This document shows positions 1-8,601 of a DNA stretch of 64,000 nt, piece by piece. The notes under the pieces were generated by a model. That model ran no database searches and was not told the DNA's origin. It worked only from the letters and a program-made list of their open reading frames with translations. The position numbers were made by a program, and so were the translations under genes. Source of the DNA: Verrucomicrobiota bacterium (GTDB lineage: Bacteria; Verrucomicrobiota; Verrucomicrobiia; Opitutales; Cerasicoccaceae); assembly GCA_039818205.1 (NCBI GenBank), contig JBCBUK010000006.1, positions 96,001 to 160,000 of the forward strand, in the 5' to 3' direction. The first letter of the stretch is position 1. The number at the start of each line of letters is the position of its first letter.

Positions 1-169
1 CGATGGTGGGCCAGTGATCACGCTCTACGATGACCCCGTTCTCGAAGGAATTATTGACGGCTTTAAAAGTGAATCGATCGCAATTCGCGAAACCCAAGCC
101 GATGGCCTGGAAATTTTTGTCGGTTTCGACGACGAGAACTTTGGAGGAACGATTCGCCAGATGCCCTAG
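1..169 (+). CDS. 3' end of a hypothetical protein (truncated by window start)
   Basis: Frame starting at nt 2 is open (DGGPVITLYDDPVLEGIIDGFKSESIAIR...FVGFDDENFGGTIRQMP) to TAG at 167-169. Confidence 0.6.
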   Translation, partial: DGGPVITLYDDPVLEGIIDGFKSESIAIRETQADGLEIFVGFDDENFGGTIRQMP

Positions 170-264
170 CCAATGTGCCGTTGGATTCAGCTTGGCACTG
201 ACACGGCTCGAACGCCGGAGTCTCATGTGCCAATGGCACATGATTGGGATCCGCCGAACGCTGC

Positions 265-630
265 TTAGAGTTCGTTGTATTTTTCGGAGCGGCCGCGGGC
301 CTTTTCCACCGGATATTTTTCGGCATTTTGGGCCATTTTGGCCTGGATGGCCGCGGCCAGGTCAATTCCAGTAACGTTGGCGAATTCCAGCGCATAGATC
401 ACAATATCCGCCAGCTCATCTTGAATATCTGCGCGGCGCGTCTCTTCTTTGGCTCGTTGGTGCGATTCTTGAGAGTCAGTCCAAAGGAAGTGCTCCATGA
501 GCTCGCCGGATTCGGCAGCCAGGGCCATGCTGACGTTCTTGGGCGAATGAAATTGGAGCCAGTCGCGCTCGATTGCGAACTCGTGAACGCGTTTTTTGAG
601 TTCGGCGATGGTGGCCTTGTCATCTGTCAT
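265..630 (-). CDS. MazG-like nucleotide pyrophosphohydrolase (dCTP pyrophosphatase type)
   Basis: FAIERDWLQFHSPKN, ExGELMEHF and DELADIVIY motifs, KMAQNAEKYP tail. Confidence 0.9.
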   Translation of the reverse strand: MTDDKATIAELKKRVHEFAIERDWLQFHSPKNVSMALAAESGELMEHFLWTDSQESHQRAKEETRRADIQDELADIVIYALEFANVTGIDLAAAIQAKMAQNAEKYPVEKARGRSEKYNEL

Positions 631-697
631 GAATCATTGATTAATTGGCTCGACCGGAACTTGCAACGTTGGATCTTGTCGGCAATTCTCGATGCCG

Positions 698-1288
698 ATG
701 AAACCCTTAGCCCTCTTTTTCTCGTTATTGATTGCGATTGCGCTCCCTAACCTGACGGCCGGTCAGGACCTGGCGGGAAATGCAGCGTTGGGCGAGGACC
801 CGTTGCCCGGGAAATACACGGCCGAACAGGTAAATTCTTTCCTCGAGCAGTTTGTTGGAACTTGGGAGGGCAAGTACGCAATCGGTTCCCTTGATGGCGT
901 GACCCTCATGGAGTTTGAGGCTCAAATGACCTATGAGTGGGATGTTGTCGGGGAGACGCAAGTCTTGCGTAACAGCGCCGTCTACTCCAACGGACAAACG
1001 ATGAACCATGCCACTGCATTAAGCTATTTCTGGCTCGGACGCATCGTTAGCGAGGTCGAAGAAAACGAGGTAAAGCGTGTCTATTTGGGCGATATTAGCG
1101 AAGATGAGAAAAGTGTGAATTGGCGCCCTGCCAACACAGAAACTCCCACTCGCACCTCTTTCCGAGAGACCTTTGTTCCAGCTGAAGGCGGTACTGAACT
1201 AAAAATTCAGGGCCATGAAGACTACCAAAAGGGTATGCGGCGGCGCTTATTGATACTCAGTGGATTGCTCAAGAAAGTTGACGAGTAA
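698..1288 (+). CDS. Secreted hypothetical protein, possible beta-barrel fold
   Basis: N-terminal signal peptide; FVGTWEG motif; beta-rich sequence; start 692 or 698. Confidence 0.6.
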   Translation: MKPLALFFSLLIAIALPNLTAGQDLAGNAALGEDPLPGKYTAEQVNSFLEQFVGTWEGKYAIGSLDGVTLMEFEAQMTYEWDVVGETQVLRNSAVYSNGQTMNHATALSYFWLGRIVSEVEENEVKRVYLGDISEDEKSVNWRPANTETPTRTSFRETFVPAEGGTELKIQGHEDYQKGMRRRLLILSGLLKKVDE

Positions 1289-1341
1289 GGGGTTGATTCC
1301 CGTCTGATTTTCCTCTGTCATGATTGTCAGGGATACTAATT

Positions 1342-1992
1342 ATGAAGGTATTTGTCGGCATTGCGCTAATCATTGGAGTCGTTTTTCTTTTCTTCCGCTT
1401 TGAGGAGCAGGTGGGAGATTGGATTTTTCAGGACATTGTCGACGATTCCTCCTCGGATCAGCAGGTTCCGATTAATCCCTCTAACCCGACCAGCGCGCCA
1501 GTATCTGCCCATACTGTGTTAACGGACGTCGATGGTCGTTCAATTACTTGTGAGGTTGTTGCGGTTAATGACGATACCGTGGTGATCATCCGCGATTCCG
1601 ATCAGCAGACTTTTGAGATCCCGTTCAACCGATTAGACGGGCCGAGCCAATCCCGTGTCCGGACTATTGAGAATTCGATTTCTGGCCGCGGTGCATTGCA
1701 AAACGCCCAATTACAATTTGACCGAGATCTGAAGAATGCGATCGAGAGTATGCAGATACAAGTCCTTTGTAGCTACCGGAACCCTGAGTGCGAGACCGTC
1801 GAGAACTACTTTCTGCAGAATGATTATAACTACATCTCCTACGATGTAGAAAAGAGTGGTGCCGGTCGTCGTTTACGAGAAGAGTGGTCCATTAGTTATC
1901 TTCCAGCAATTAAGGTCGGCGACCGCGTTCTCGAAGGCTTCAATAGGGAAATCTTCGAAGAAGCCTTGGTAAAAGAGTATCGAAAACAGTAA
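1342..1992 (+). CDS. Membrane-anchored protein with SHD1-like domain and C-terminal glutaredoxin-like domain
   Basis: N-terminal TM; LTDVDGRSITCEVV...FEIPFNRLD; NPEC...YDVEK...LPAIKVGDRVLEGFN. Confidence 0.65.
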   Translation: MKVFVGIALIIGVVFLFFRFEEQVGDWIFQDIVDDSSSDQQVPINPSNPTSAPVSAHTVLTDVDGRSITCEVVAVNDDTVVIIRDSDQQTFEIPFNRLDGPSQSRVRTIENSISGRGALQNAQLQFDRDLKNAIESMQIQVLCSYRNPECETVENYFLQNDYNYISYDVEKSGAGRRLREEWSISYLPAIKVGDRVLEGFNREIFEEALVKEYRKQ

Positions 1993-2015
1993 GGCGAGCA
2001 GCCGAGGATTGGGGT

Positions 2016-2699
2016 ATGGGGAAAGTTATACAAAGAGTCATTTTCGTTTTGGTACTATTGTGTACTATCTCCAGCGACGCCCGGGTTTGGATGGACAAGC
2101 AGGGCCGGGAATTTGAAGGAGATTTGCTTCGGGTCGAGGGGCAGTTTGCGTACATTCAGCGGGACGCTGATCGACGAGTATTTCAGGTTGAGATTCAAAA
2201 CTTGTCGCTTCATGACCAAGTCTATTTGCGAGAATTAGCGTTCGAGGAACAGAAAGAATCCGAACAAGTTGACTGGGGGCCTTGGGCAATCAGATTCGCG
2301 CTCTTTGCGATAATTCTGTCTTTGCTGATCACAATGGTCGGCCGAGGGTTTGACCTCCATCCCTGGTCGTTTTGGCGCTCTGTCGTGTGGCAGATTCCCA
2401 ATTTTATATTGATTTTTGTGATGATATTCACGGCCGCCGAGGTCTATGGGCTCGTCCATGGAATTACCGGGTTTTATGATTTTGGGCCAATAATCACCGA
2501 TTTTTTTAGCCACCCACCAGCGTACTTGGTGGTCATTCCCGGCTTTTTTCTTCTGGTGATACCGAATTGCATGTTTCTGCGCATCAAATACTGGAAGTGC
2601 TTCGGGTTCCTGATTGTGTGGCTGCTGCTGATCAGCGCGACTCAGCTCATGGTCGAAGGCATCATTTGGGGCGGAAACTGGGTGATCGGCCAGTTTTGA
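2016..2699 (+). CDS. SHD1-like domain membrane protein
   Basis: Signal peptide; RVWMDKQGREFEG...LSLHDQVYL; about 4 C-terminal TM helices. Confidence 0.65.
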   Translation: MGKVIQRVIFVLVLLCTISSDARVWMDKQGREFEGDLLRVEGQFAYIQRDADRRVFQVEIQNLSLHDQVYLRELAFEEQKESEQVDWGPWAIRFALFAIILSLLITMVGRGFDLHPWSFWRSVVWQIPNFILIFVMIFTAAEVYGLVHGITGFYDFGPIITDFFSHPPAYLVVIPGFFLLVIPNCMFLRIKYWKCFGFLIVWLLLISATQLMVEGIIWGGNWVIGQF

Positions 2700-2781
2700 G
2701 CGTTACAAGTGCGTAACTTAGGGCATTGCGATAAGTTTTGCTTCCCATTGGCTCAGAATCCGGTAAACCCCTTGAGTCACC

Positions 2782-4776
2782 ATGTCATTGAATACAGAAG
2801 CACTCACCCGCGCCTCAACGGAAGCGCGCGGACTCTCGATGGATGCTGTAGCTGCTGCTAAGTCCGGCCACCTAGGGCTGCCTCTCGGCGCTACTGAGCT
2901 GGGCGCCGTTCTTTACGGATACGCGCTACAAGTGAACCCGGCCGAGCCAAAGTGGATCAATCGCGACCGCTTTATCCTGTCCGCCGGCCATGGCTCCATG
3001 TTCCTCTACTCTTGGTTGCACCTCGCCGGCTACAACCTGCCACTCGAGCAGGTGAAGAATTTCCGCCAGTTGCACAGCACGACCCCGGGTCACCCTGAAT
3101 TCGGCGAAACCGAGGGTGTCGAATGCACCACTGGTCCGCTCGGCCAAGGTGTTGGCAATGCCGTTGGGTACGCAGTCTCCGGCAAGATGCTGGCGGCAAA
3201 CTTCAATGATGCCGAAAACCCAATTTTGGACTACCACGTAGTCTGCTTGGCCGGTGACGGCTGCCTCCAAGAAGGCGTTTCCTGCGAAGCAAGTGCTTAT
3301 GCGGGTCGCTTTGGTCTCGATAACCTGATCGTGTTCTATGATTCCAATGACGTCACGCTCGACGCCATGGCGGACAAGACTCAGAACGAAGACACTGCGA
3401 TGCGTTATGAGTCCTACGGTTGGGACGTGGTCACCCTTGCAGACGGCAACGACCTAGCCGCAATCAGTGCCGCCTACGAGCAGGCGAAAGCCAACGATAA
3501 CGGCAAGCCCAAGATGATCATCTTGAAGACCGAAATCGGTCGCGGCATTCCGGAAGTTGCTGGCACTCAGAAAGCGCACGGCGAAGCGGGCGTGAAGTTC
3601 ATCGAGGAAGCCCGGAAGAATCTCGGTCTGCCAGAAGAGACTTTCTTTGTTTCCGATGAAACGAAGGCTTATTTCGAAAGCCTCACCGCCGAGCGCACTG
3701 CCGTTTACACGGCTTGGGTTGAAAAGTTTGACGCCTGGAAGGCAGCGAACCCAGAAAAGGCTGCGCTCCTGGAGAAGGGTATCAGCCACGATCACTTGAG
3801 CGCAGCGGAAGTCTTGGAGAAGATTGCGCCGCTTAGCGACGAGAAGCCAGTGGCAACTCGCGGTTCTGGTGGTGCGATCCTCAACGAGATCGCCAAGCAC
3901 TCTCCACTCGTCATTTCGGGATCAGCCGACCTCCACGGTTCCACCAAGAACTATATTAAGGACGCGGGCGACTTTGATACGGACAACTTTGCGGGTCGCA
4001 ATTTCCACTTCGGTATTCGCGAGCATGGCATGGGTGCCATCATGAACGGTATCGCCTATGACGGGATCTTCAAGGTATCCGGTGCAACCTTCTTTACGTT
4101 CTCCGACTACATGCGCCCAAGCGTTCGTTTGGCGGCCTTGGCGAACCTCCCAGTCGTCTACATCTGGACGCACGATTCCGTGGGTGTCGGTGAAGATGGC
4201 CCAACCCACGAGCCGGTTGAAACCCTGACCGCTTGCCGTGCCATACCAAATCTGGATGTCTTGCGCCCAGCCGATGGCGAAGAAACCGCTGCATCTTGGG
4301 CCCACGCGATTGACCGTTCCAACGGCCCGGTTGCATTGATTCTCTCTCGCCAGAACCTGCCGTTCATGAGCGACCTATCCGTTGAGGAGCGTCGCGAGGG
4401 AACCCTTAAGGGTGCCTACATCGCCAAGAAGGAAACCGGTGCGCTCGACACCATCCTAATCGGCACCGGTAGTGAAGTTCAGCACTGTATCGAAGCCGCT
4501 AAGGAACTCGGTGACGGCGTTCGCGTCGTATCCATGCCAAGTATGGAACTCTTCGACGTCCAGTCCGATGAGTACAAGGAGTCGGTTCTTCCGGCAGCCT
4601 GCCAAAAGCGCGTATCCATTGAAGCCGGCGTCACCATGGCCTGGCACAAATACGTTGGACCGCAAGGTAAGATTCTCGGCATTGATCGCTTTGGTATCTC
4701 CGCACCAGGCGGCACCGTGATGGAGGAACTCGGCATGACCCCAGCTGATGTGGTCGCCGCGGCCAAGTCCCTCTAG
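2782..4776 (+). CDS. tkt: Transketolase
   Basis: [45 protein letters not shown] motifs. Confidence 0.98.
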   Translation: MSLNTEALTRASTEARGLSMDAVAAAKSGHLGLPLGATELGAVLYGYALQVNPAEPKWINRDRFILSAGHGSMFLYSWLHLAGYNLPLEQVKNFRQLHSTTPGHPEFGETEGVECTTGPLGQGVGNAVGYAVSGKMLAANFNDAENPILDYHVVCLAGDGCLQEGVSCEASAYAGRFGLDNLIVFYDSNDVTLDAMADKTQNEDTAMRYESYGWDVVTLADGNDLAAISAAYEQAKANDNGKPKMIILKTEIGRGIPEVAGTQKAHGEAGVKFIEEARKNLGLPEETFFVSDETKAYFESLTAERTAVYTAWVEKFDAWKAANPEKAALLEKGISHDHLSAAEVLEKIAPLSDEKPVATRGSGGAILNEIAKHSPLVISGSADLHGSTKNYIKDAGDFDTDNFAGRNFHFGIREHGMGAIMNGIAYDGIFKVSGATFFTFSDYMRPSVRLAALANLPVVYIWTHDSVGVGEDGPTHEPVETLTACRAIPNLDVLRPADGEETAASWAHAIDRSNGPVALILSRQNLPFMSDLSVEERREGTLKGAYIAKKETGALDTILIGTGSEVQHCIEAAKELGDGVRVVSMPSMELFDVQSDEYKESVLPAACQKRVSIEAGVTMAWHKYVGPQGKILGIDRFGISAPGGTVMEELGMTPADVVAAAKSL

Positions 4777-4790
4777 TCATTGATTTTCCG

Positions 4791-4824
4791 AAAAAGCCTC
4801 GCTGGAAACGGCGGGGCTTTTTTT
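4791..4824 (+). terminator. Rho-independent (likely bidirectional) terminator
   Basis: AAAAAGCCTCGC-TGGAAACG-GCGGGGCTTTTTTT between convergent genes. Confidence 0.85.
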
Positions 4825-6739
4825 ATGCCTTTACGGAAGTCTGTGCGCTCATCCATGGTTTCAGAAGCGCCAACGAGACGACGAACAGTATTAGACCCAA
4901 GTAGGCGGGCAGGAGGTGAAATAGCGCGTTGTAGCCAACGATGTAGTGGATGGCGAGCGCACCGATGTAGGCGGGTAATCCGCTAAGAAGTAAGGTCCAC
5001 CACAGCCAGCGCTGTCCCCTGTTGATTCCCCAGAGACTGGTCAGTAGGTACGCAAGCCCAGCGGAAATGAGCATCCCGCCTAAGGTGGCTCGGTCGTGCG
5101 CAACGAGTGGGATAAGGTTTTTGTTGGCTGCTTGAATCTCATCGCGTGTTTGTCCGAGAAATTCGAGATCGGTCGACACGAATACGTCACCAATGCCAAC
5201 GATCGATATGATGATGCCCGCCAAGAGTAGGCCGACGCTGTGGACAACTTGCAGAAGCTGGCCCCACTGACCAAGTCGCCAGGGTCGGCTCTCCCGCCAA
5301 TCGGTATGCTGCGGATAACTGGATGCTGGCATCTGGGCGTAGAGTCCCAGCGCAAAAAGTTGGAAAAGGATTGCGGTGACGAATCCGTGGAACGGATCAA
5401 AGTAACCAAATCCTAAAAAGAGAAAGAAGCTGAGAAAGCCCACGCCGGCTGCAGTGAGTATTGCCGTTCGTGCCCAGCACGTGCCTCGTCGAGAGCCAAA
5501 CCAAGACAAGCCGCAGAAAAGCACTCCAATCGAAATCATCACCCCGGCCAGAGTTACCCGATCGTGCGACATGAACGGTAGAAGCTGAGGATTGAATGCG
5601 TTGAAGTCGCTCGGGTTCCATCCGCAGAATTCTAGATCGTAGGGGAGCACCACTGAGGTTGCTGCGAGCCACAGAGCGATGACACTGCCAAGGAGCATTG
5701 CAATGCCCAAGCAACCAGTCCAAAACCAGGAGTAGCGGGGAGCGCGATCTGCTTCTAAGGCAGGCTGATCGGCTTTATGGGTCGAAAAGATCGATTCGTT
5801 AATCCGTTTTGGCAGCCCTGGTCCGCTAAAGACGAGCCCTGAATCGACCATGACGAACTGTGCGCCAGCGTCGAGGCAGGAGCGCGCATCGGCAGGTTGG
5901 TGAATTCCGCCTGAGGCAATGATGCTGACCGATTCCCCAATCTCCAGGCGCAGCTTTCTGATCGTTGCAAGCGTTGCCGGCAAACATTCGGGACCTGCAA
6001 CACGGGTTCCGTTTAAAACGTGGGTGCCGTCCACCAATATACCAGCCCAGGGATTCAGCTTGTTGACTCGTTTCGATGCGATAGACGCAGCCTCGGCTTC
6101 ATTGCGAACAACGATGAGAAGCCGGTCGACGGTCGTGTCATCAATTATGTCATGAAAAATTTCCCAGGAATTGTTGTCCCAGTTGTCCCAGTTCGTGCAT
6201 TCGATCGCGATGAAATCGATGGAGTCGCTCATCTGCGATAGCAGCTCGATGAGATTCCGAGCGAGCGTCTCTGAATCGGATTCCACTTCATTCGGATGAT
6301 AGCGGGCAATGGTGGCCAATGAATCGTTGGGGCATCGTTTGACTCTCTTGATCAGTTGATCGATTGAGACTCTTGCCGAATCGGATAGACTGATGCTGTG
6401 CTTGTCTGGGTCGCGACCAATTCTTGGGGATGTATCGTTGGCCTGCCCCAGCGGACCGACTTCAATGAGCCCGAAGCCAAATTGAGTCCATGCCTGAAAT
6501 GCAGTGCCTTCGGGGTCCAATTGATAGCCAAGGCCCAGCGGGCTTTGGACTGATTTACCGCCCAGTTGTCGCTCGAGTGAGGCGTGTGGGTGCATGTGCC
6601 CCATCAGTTCGATCACTTGCGGTCCGAGGGGCAAGCGTGCGAGGCCGCCCATAAAGTTGAGTGCAAGGTCCCGTGCCGTTTTCGGTTCAAATTGAAAGAG
6701 AACGTCTCTGGATACAGTGCGATAAAACCAATCGGGCAT
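4823..6739 (-). CDS. Dihydroorotate dehydrogenase-like domain fused to a multi-pass membrane domain
   Basis: SPLGLG, GFGLIEVG, IIASGGIH, SGLVFSGPGLPKRIN resemble class-2 DHODH; C-terminal ~300 aa has about 8 TM helices in two repeats. Confidence 0.75.
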   Translation of the reverse strand: MPDWFYRTVSRDVLFQFEPKTARDLALNFMGGLARLPLGPQVIELMGHMHPHASLERQLGGKSVQSPLGLGYQLDPEGTAFQAWTQFGFGLIEVGPLGQANDTSPRIGRDPDKHSISLSDSARVSIDQLIKRVKRCPNDSLATIARYHPNEVESDSETLARNLIELLSQMSDSIDFIAIECTNWDNWDNNSWEIFHDIIDDTTVDRLLIVVRNEAEAASIASKRVNKLNPWAGILVDGTHVLNGTRVAGPECLPATLATIRKLRLEIGESVSIIASGGIHQPADARSCLDAGAQFVMVDSGLVFSGPGLPKRINESIFSTHKADQPALEADRAPRYSWFWTGCLGIAMLLGSVIALWLAATSVVLPYDLEFCGWNPSDFNAFNPQLLPFMSHDRVTLAGVMISIGVLFCGLSWFGSRRGTCWARTAILTAAGVGFLSFFLFLGFGYFDPFHGFVTAILFQLFALGLYAQMPASSYPQHTDWRESRPWRLGQWGQLLQVVHSVGLLLAGIIISIVGIGDVFVSTDLEFLGQTRDEIQAANKNLIPLVAHDRATLGGMLISAGLAYLLTSLWGINRGQRWLWWTLLLSGLPAYIGALAIHYIVGYNALFHLLPAYLGLILFVVSLALLKPWMSAQTSVKA

Positions 6740-6790
6740 AAGATACTATGTCACAGTTTTATAGAATTGCGCGCGGCGGATCACAATGCA

Positions 6791-6823
6791 GAAAGCCTCG
6801 CCGTTTCCAGCGAGGCTTCTTTC
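6791..6823 (-). terminator. Hairpin/terminator; inverted copy of the tkt terminator
   Basis: Reverse complement of 6792-6818 matches 4794-4820 at 26/27 nt. Confidence 0.75.
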
Positions 6824-6853
6824 GTAATCGACTAGACGATGACTCGGGCTGAT

Positions 6854-7726
6854 TTAGTCCAAAATGTAAGTCGGCTTCTGGGCGACACAGTCGACCGGGT
6901 AGGAGATGTGCTCGTGGAATATCTTCCACTGGCCATCGATCTTTTGGAAGCAGGTGGTAAAGCGGATCCATGAATGAGCCGCGTCCCCGATGTCGATGGT
7001 CGACTTCATGCCTTGCATCCGAGAAAGGCCAGTTAGGACCATCATGGTGTCGTTGCCGGTGAGCTTGAGTTCCTTGCGCGCAAGGCGGATGTCTTCGCCG
7101 AAATATTCCCAGCAGGTATTCCAGATCTGGCGCACGACTTCGGACCCGATCGCTTGGCCGCCAATGTCGAAGTATACGAAGTCGTCAGTGTAGTCCTTCG
7201 TGAGCGCGTCGGTATCCTTGCGAGCCAGCGCAGCGTCCCATTCGGCAAGCTTGTCGTGAATCTCGGGCTTCGTGCTTTCGACCTGGGCGGAGATTTTCTC
7301 GAGGCTGGCATCCCAACCCATGTGGTGGTTGCCGCAGGTTTCGGCATTGGGGAAGCCGGTGTGGGTGAGGGTCATTTCCGTGCCTTGTGCGACGCCCTTC
7401 AGCTCGATTGTCACGTCGGTTGTTGGCAATTGGGCAAACTCATCGTCGCCCGCCCAAGCAAATTGATAGTTCAAGAAATGCGGTGCTCTGGCTTCGACGA
7501 CTTTGCCATCCATCGTGATCCGTCCGTCACTGGATTCGATGACAACTTGGAATTTTCCGCCGGGCTTTAAGTCGATATCAGCGGAGATGCCCCGCGATCG
7601 ATTACAGCCGAACCATTGAGGGACTTGATCGGGGTCGGTGATGGCGTCCCAGACGCGTTCGAGGGAGGCGGCAAAAATACGCTGCAAACGCAGGGTCGTG
7701 TCGGATGATTCGAGGACAGTAGTCAT
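6854..7726 (-). CDS. SRPBCC (AHSA1/START-like) domain fused to SnoaL/NTF2-like domain
   Basis: RVWDAITDP..QWFG, DLKPGGKF, HHMGW; C-terminal RFTTCFQKIDGQWKIFHEHIS. Confidence 0.85.
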   Translation of the reverse strand: MTTVLESSDTTLRLQRIFAASLERVWDAITDPDQVPQWFGCNRSRGISADIDLKPGGKFQVVIESSDGRITMDGKVVEARAPHFLNYQFAWAGDDEFAQLPTTDVTIELKGVAQGTEMTLTHTGFPNAETCGNHHMGWDASLEKISAQVESTKPEIHDKLAEWDAALARKDTDALTKDYTDDFVYFDIGGQAIGSEVVRQIWNTCWEYFGEDIRLARKELKLTGNDTMMVLTGLSRMQGMKSTIDIGDAAHSWIRFTTCFQKIDGQWKIFHEHISYPVDCVAQKPTYILD

Positions 7727-8082
7727 GGGTGGTGATTGGTTGCGGGTGATTTATCGGGAACAGTATCTTTGAGAAACTGATCCAGGGCGTCTAAATTGCT
7801 TTCCCAGAACTGCTGGTATTGCTGGATCCATTGGTTGGCCTCGGCGAGTGGCTCGGCCTCAAGGGAAATCCAGTGGACCCGTCCGCGTTTGTGGCGGCTT
7901 AATAGTCCAGCACGTTCCAACACGCGCAGGTGTTTGCTGATGGCGGGAGCAGAGATGGAAAACCGTGCCGCCAGGTCGGATACGGCTCGCTGGCCAGGCA
8001 TCAGGACGGACAATATCTCGCGACGTGTCGGATCGGAGAGCGCCGAGAAAACAGCGTTGAGCTCTGCTGTATCGTTAACCAT
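7723..8082 (-). CDS. ArsR/SmtB family transcriptional regulator
   Basis: VFSALSDPTRREIL, AISKHLRVLERAGL; 4-nt overlap with SRPBCC gene; start 8082 or 8094. Confidence 0.9.
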   Translation of the reverse strand: MVNDTAELNAVFSALSDPTRREILSVLMPGQRAVSDLAARFSISAPAISKHLRVLERAGLLSRHKRGRVHWISLEAEPLAEANQWIQQYQQFWESNLDALDQFLKDTVPDKSPATNHHP

Positions 8083-8090
8083 GTGGTTAA
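8075..8090. promoter_or_regulatory. Probable ArsR autoregulatory operator
   Basis: Perfect palindrome TTAACCA-TG-TGGTTAA over the ArsR start codon. Confidence 0.6.
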
Positions 8091-8229
8091 TCATTCACCG
8101 TAGACAAAAATTTTCAAGCCAGATTTAACGAAAAAGGCTAAACGCTCCGGACAACAAGATATTGGTGCTTACTGGTGACTTTGCTCCGATTGAGCTTCCC
8201 CTTTGCGGGTTTTTGTTTTTCTTACGGTC

Positions 8230-8601
8230 ATGCTTCAGGTTTATTACATCTTGCACTTCGCGGGGGTTCTTCTCGTGTTCCTTGGATTCGGGAGTCTGAT
8301 CGCTCGCGCGGCTTTGCAGCCCGACAATGTGGCTTGGCGGAAGTTCGGGTCTATTGCCAGCGGCGTTGGGCTGTTCTTCATCTTGCTGGGCGGTTTTGGT
8401 ATATTAGGTCGACTGGGTTGGGGCTTCCCCGCATGGGCGATTATCAAGTTTGTGATCTGGCTCGCACTTGGGGCAATGACGGCGTTCATCAACAAGAAGC
8501 CTCAGGCGGCACTACCGCTCTGGTGGGTGACTTTTCTGCTCGGCCTGCTCGCGGTGATTACTTGCGTTTACAAGCCCTTCGCGGCCGTCAACGTGCACTA
8601 G
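8230..8601 (+). CDS. Small 4-TM membrane protein (SirB2-like)
   Basis: YYILHFAG, KFVIWL, YKPF; four hydrophobic helices. Confidence 0.65.
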   Translation: MLQVYYILHFAGVLLVFLGFGSLIARAALQPDNVAWRKFGSIASGVGLFFILLGGFGILGRLGWGFPAWAIIKFVIWLALGAMTAFINKKPQAALPLWWVTFLLGLLAVITCVYKPFAAVNVH

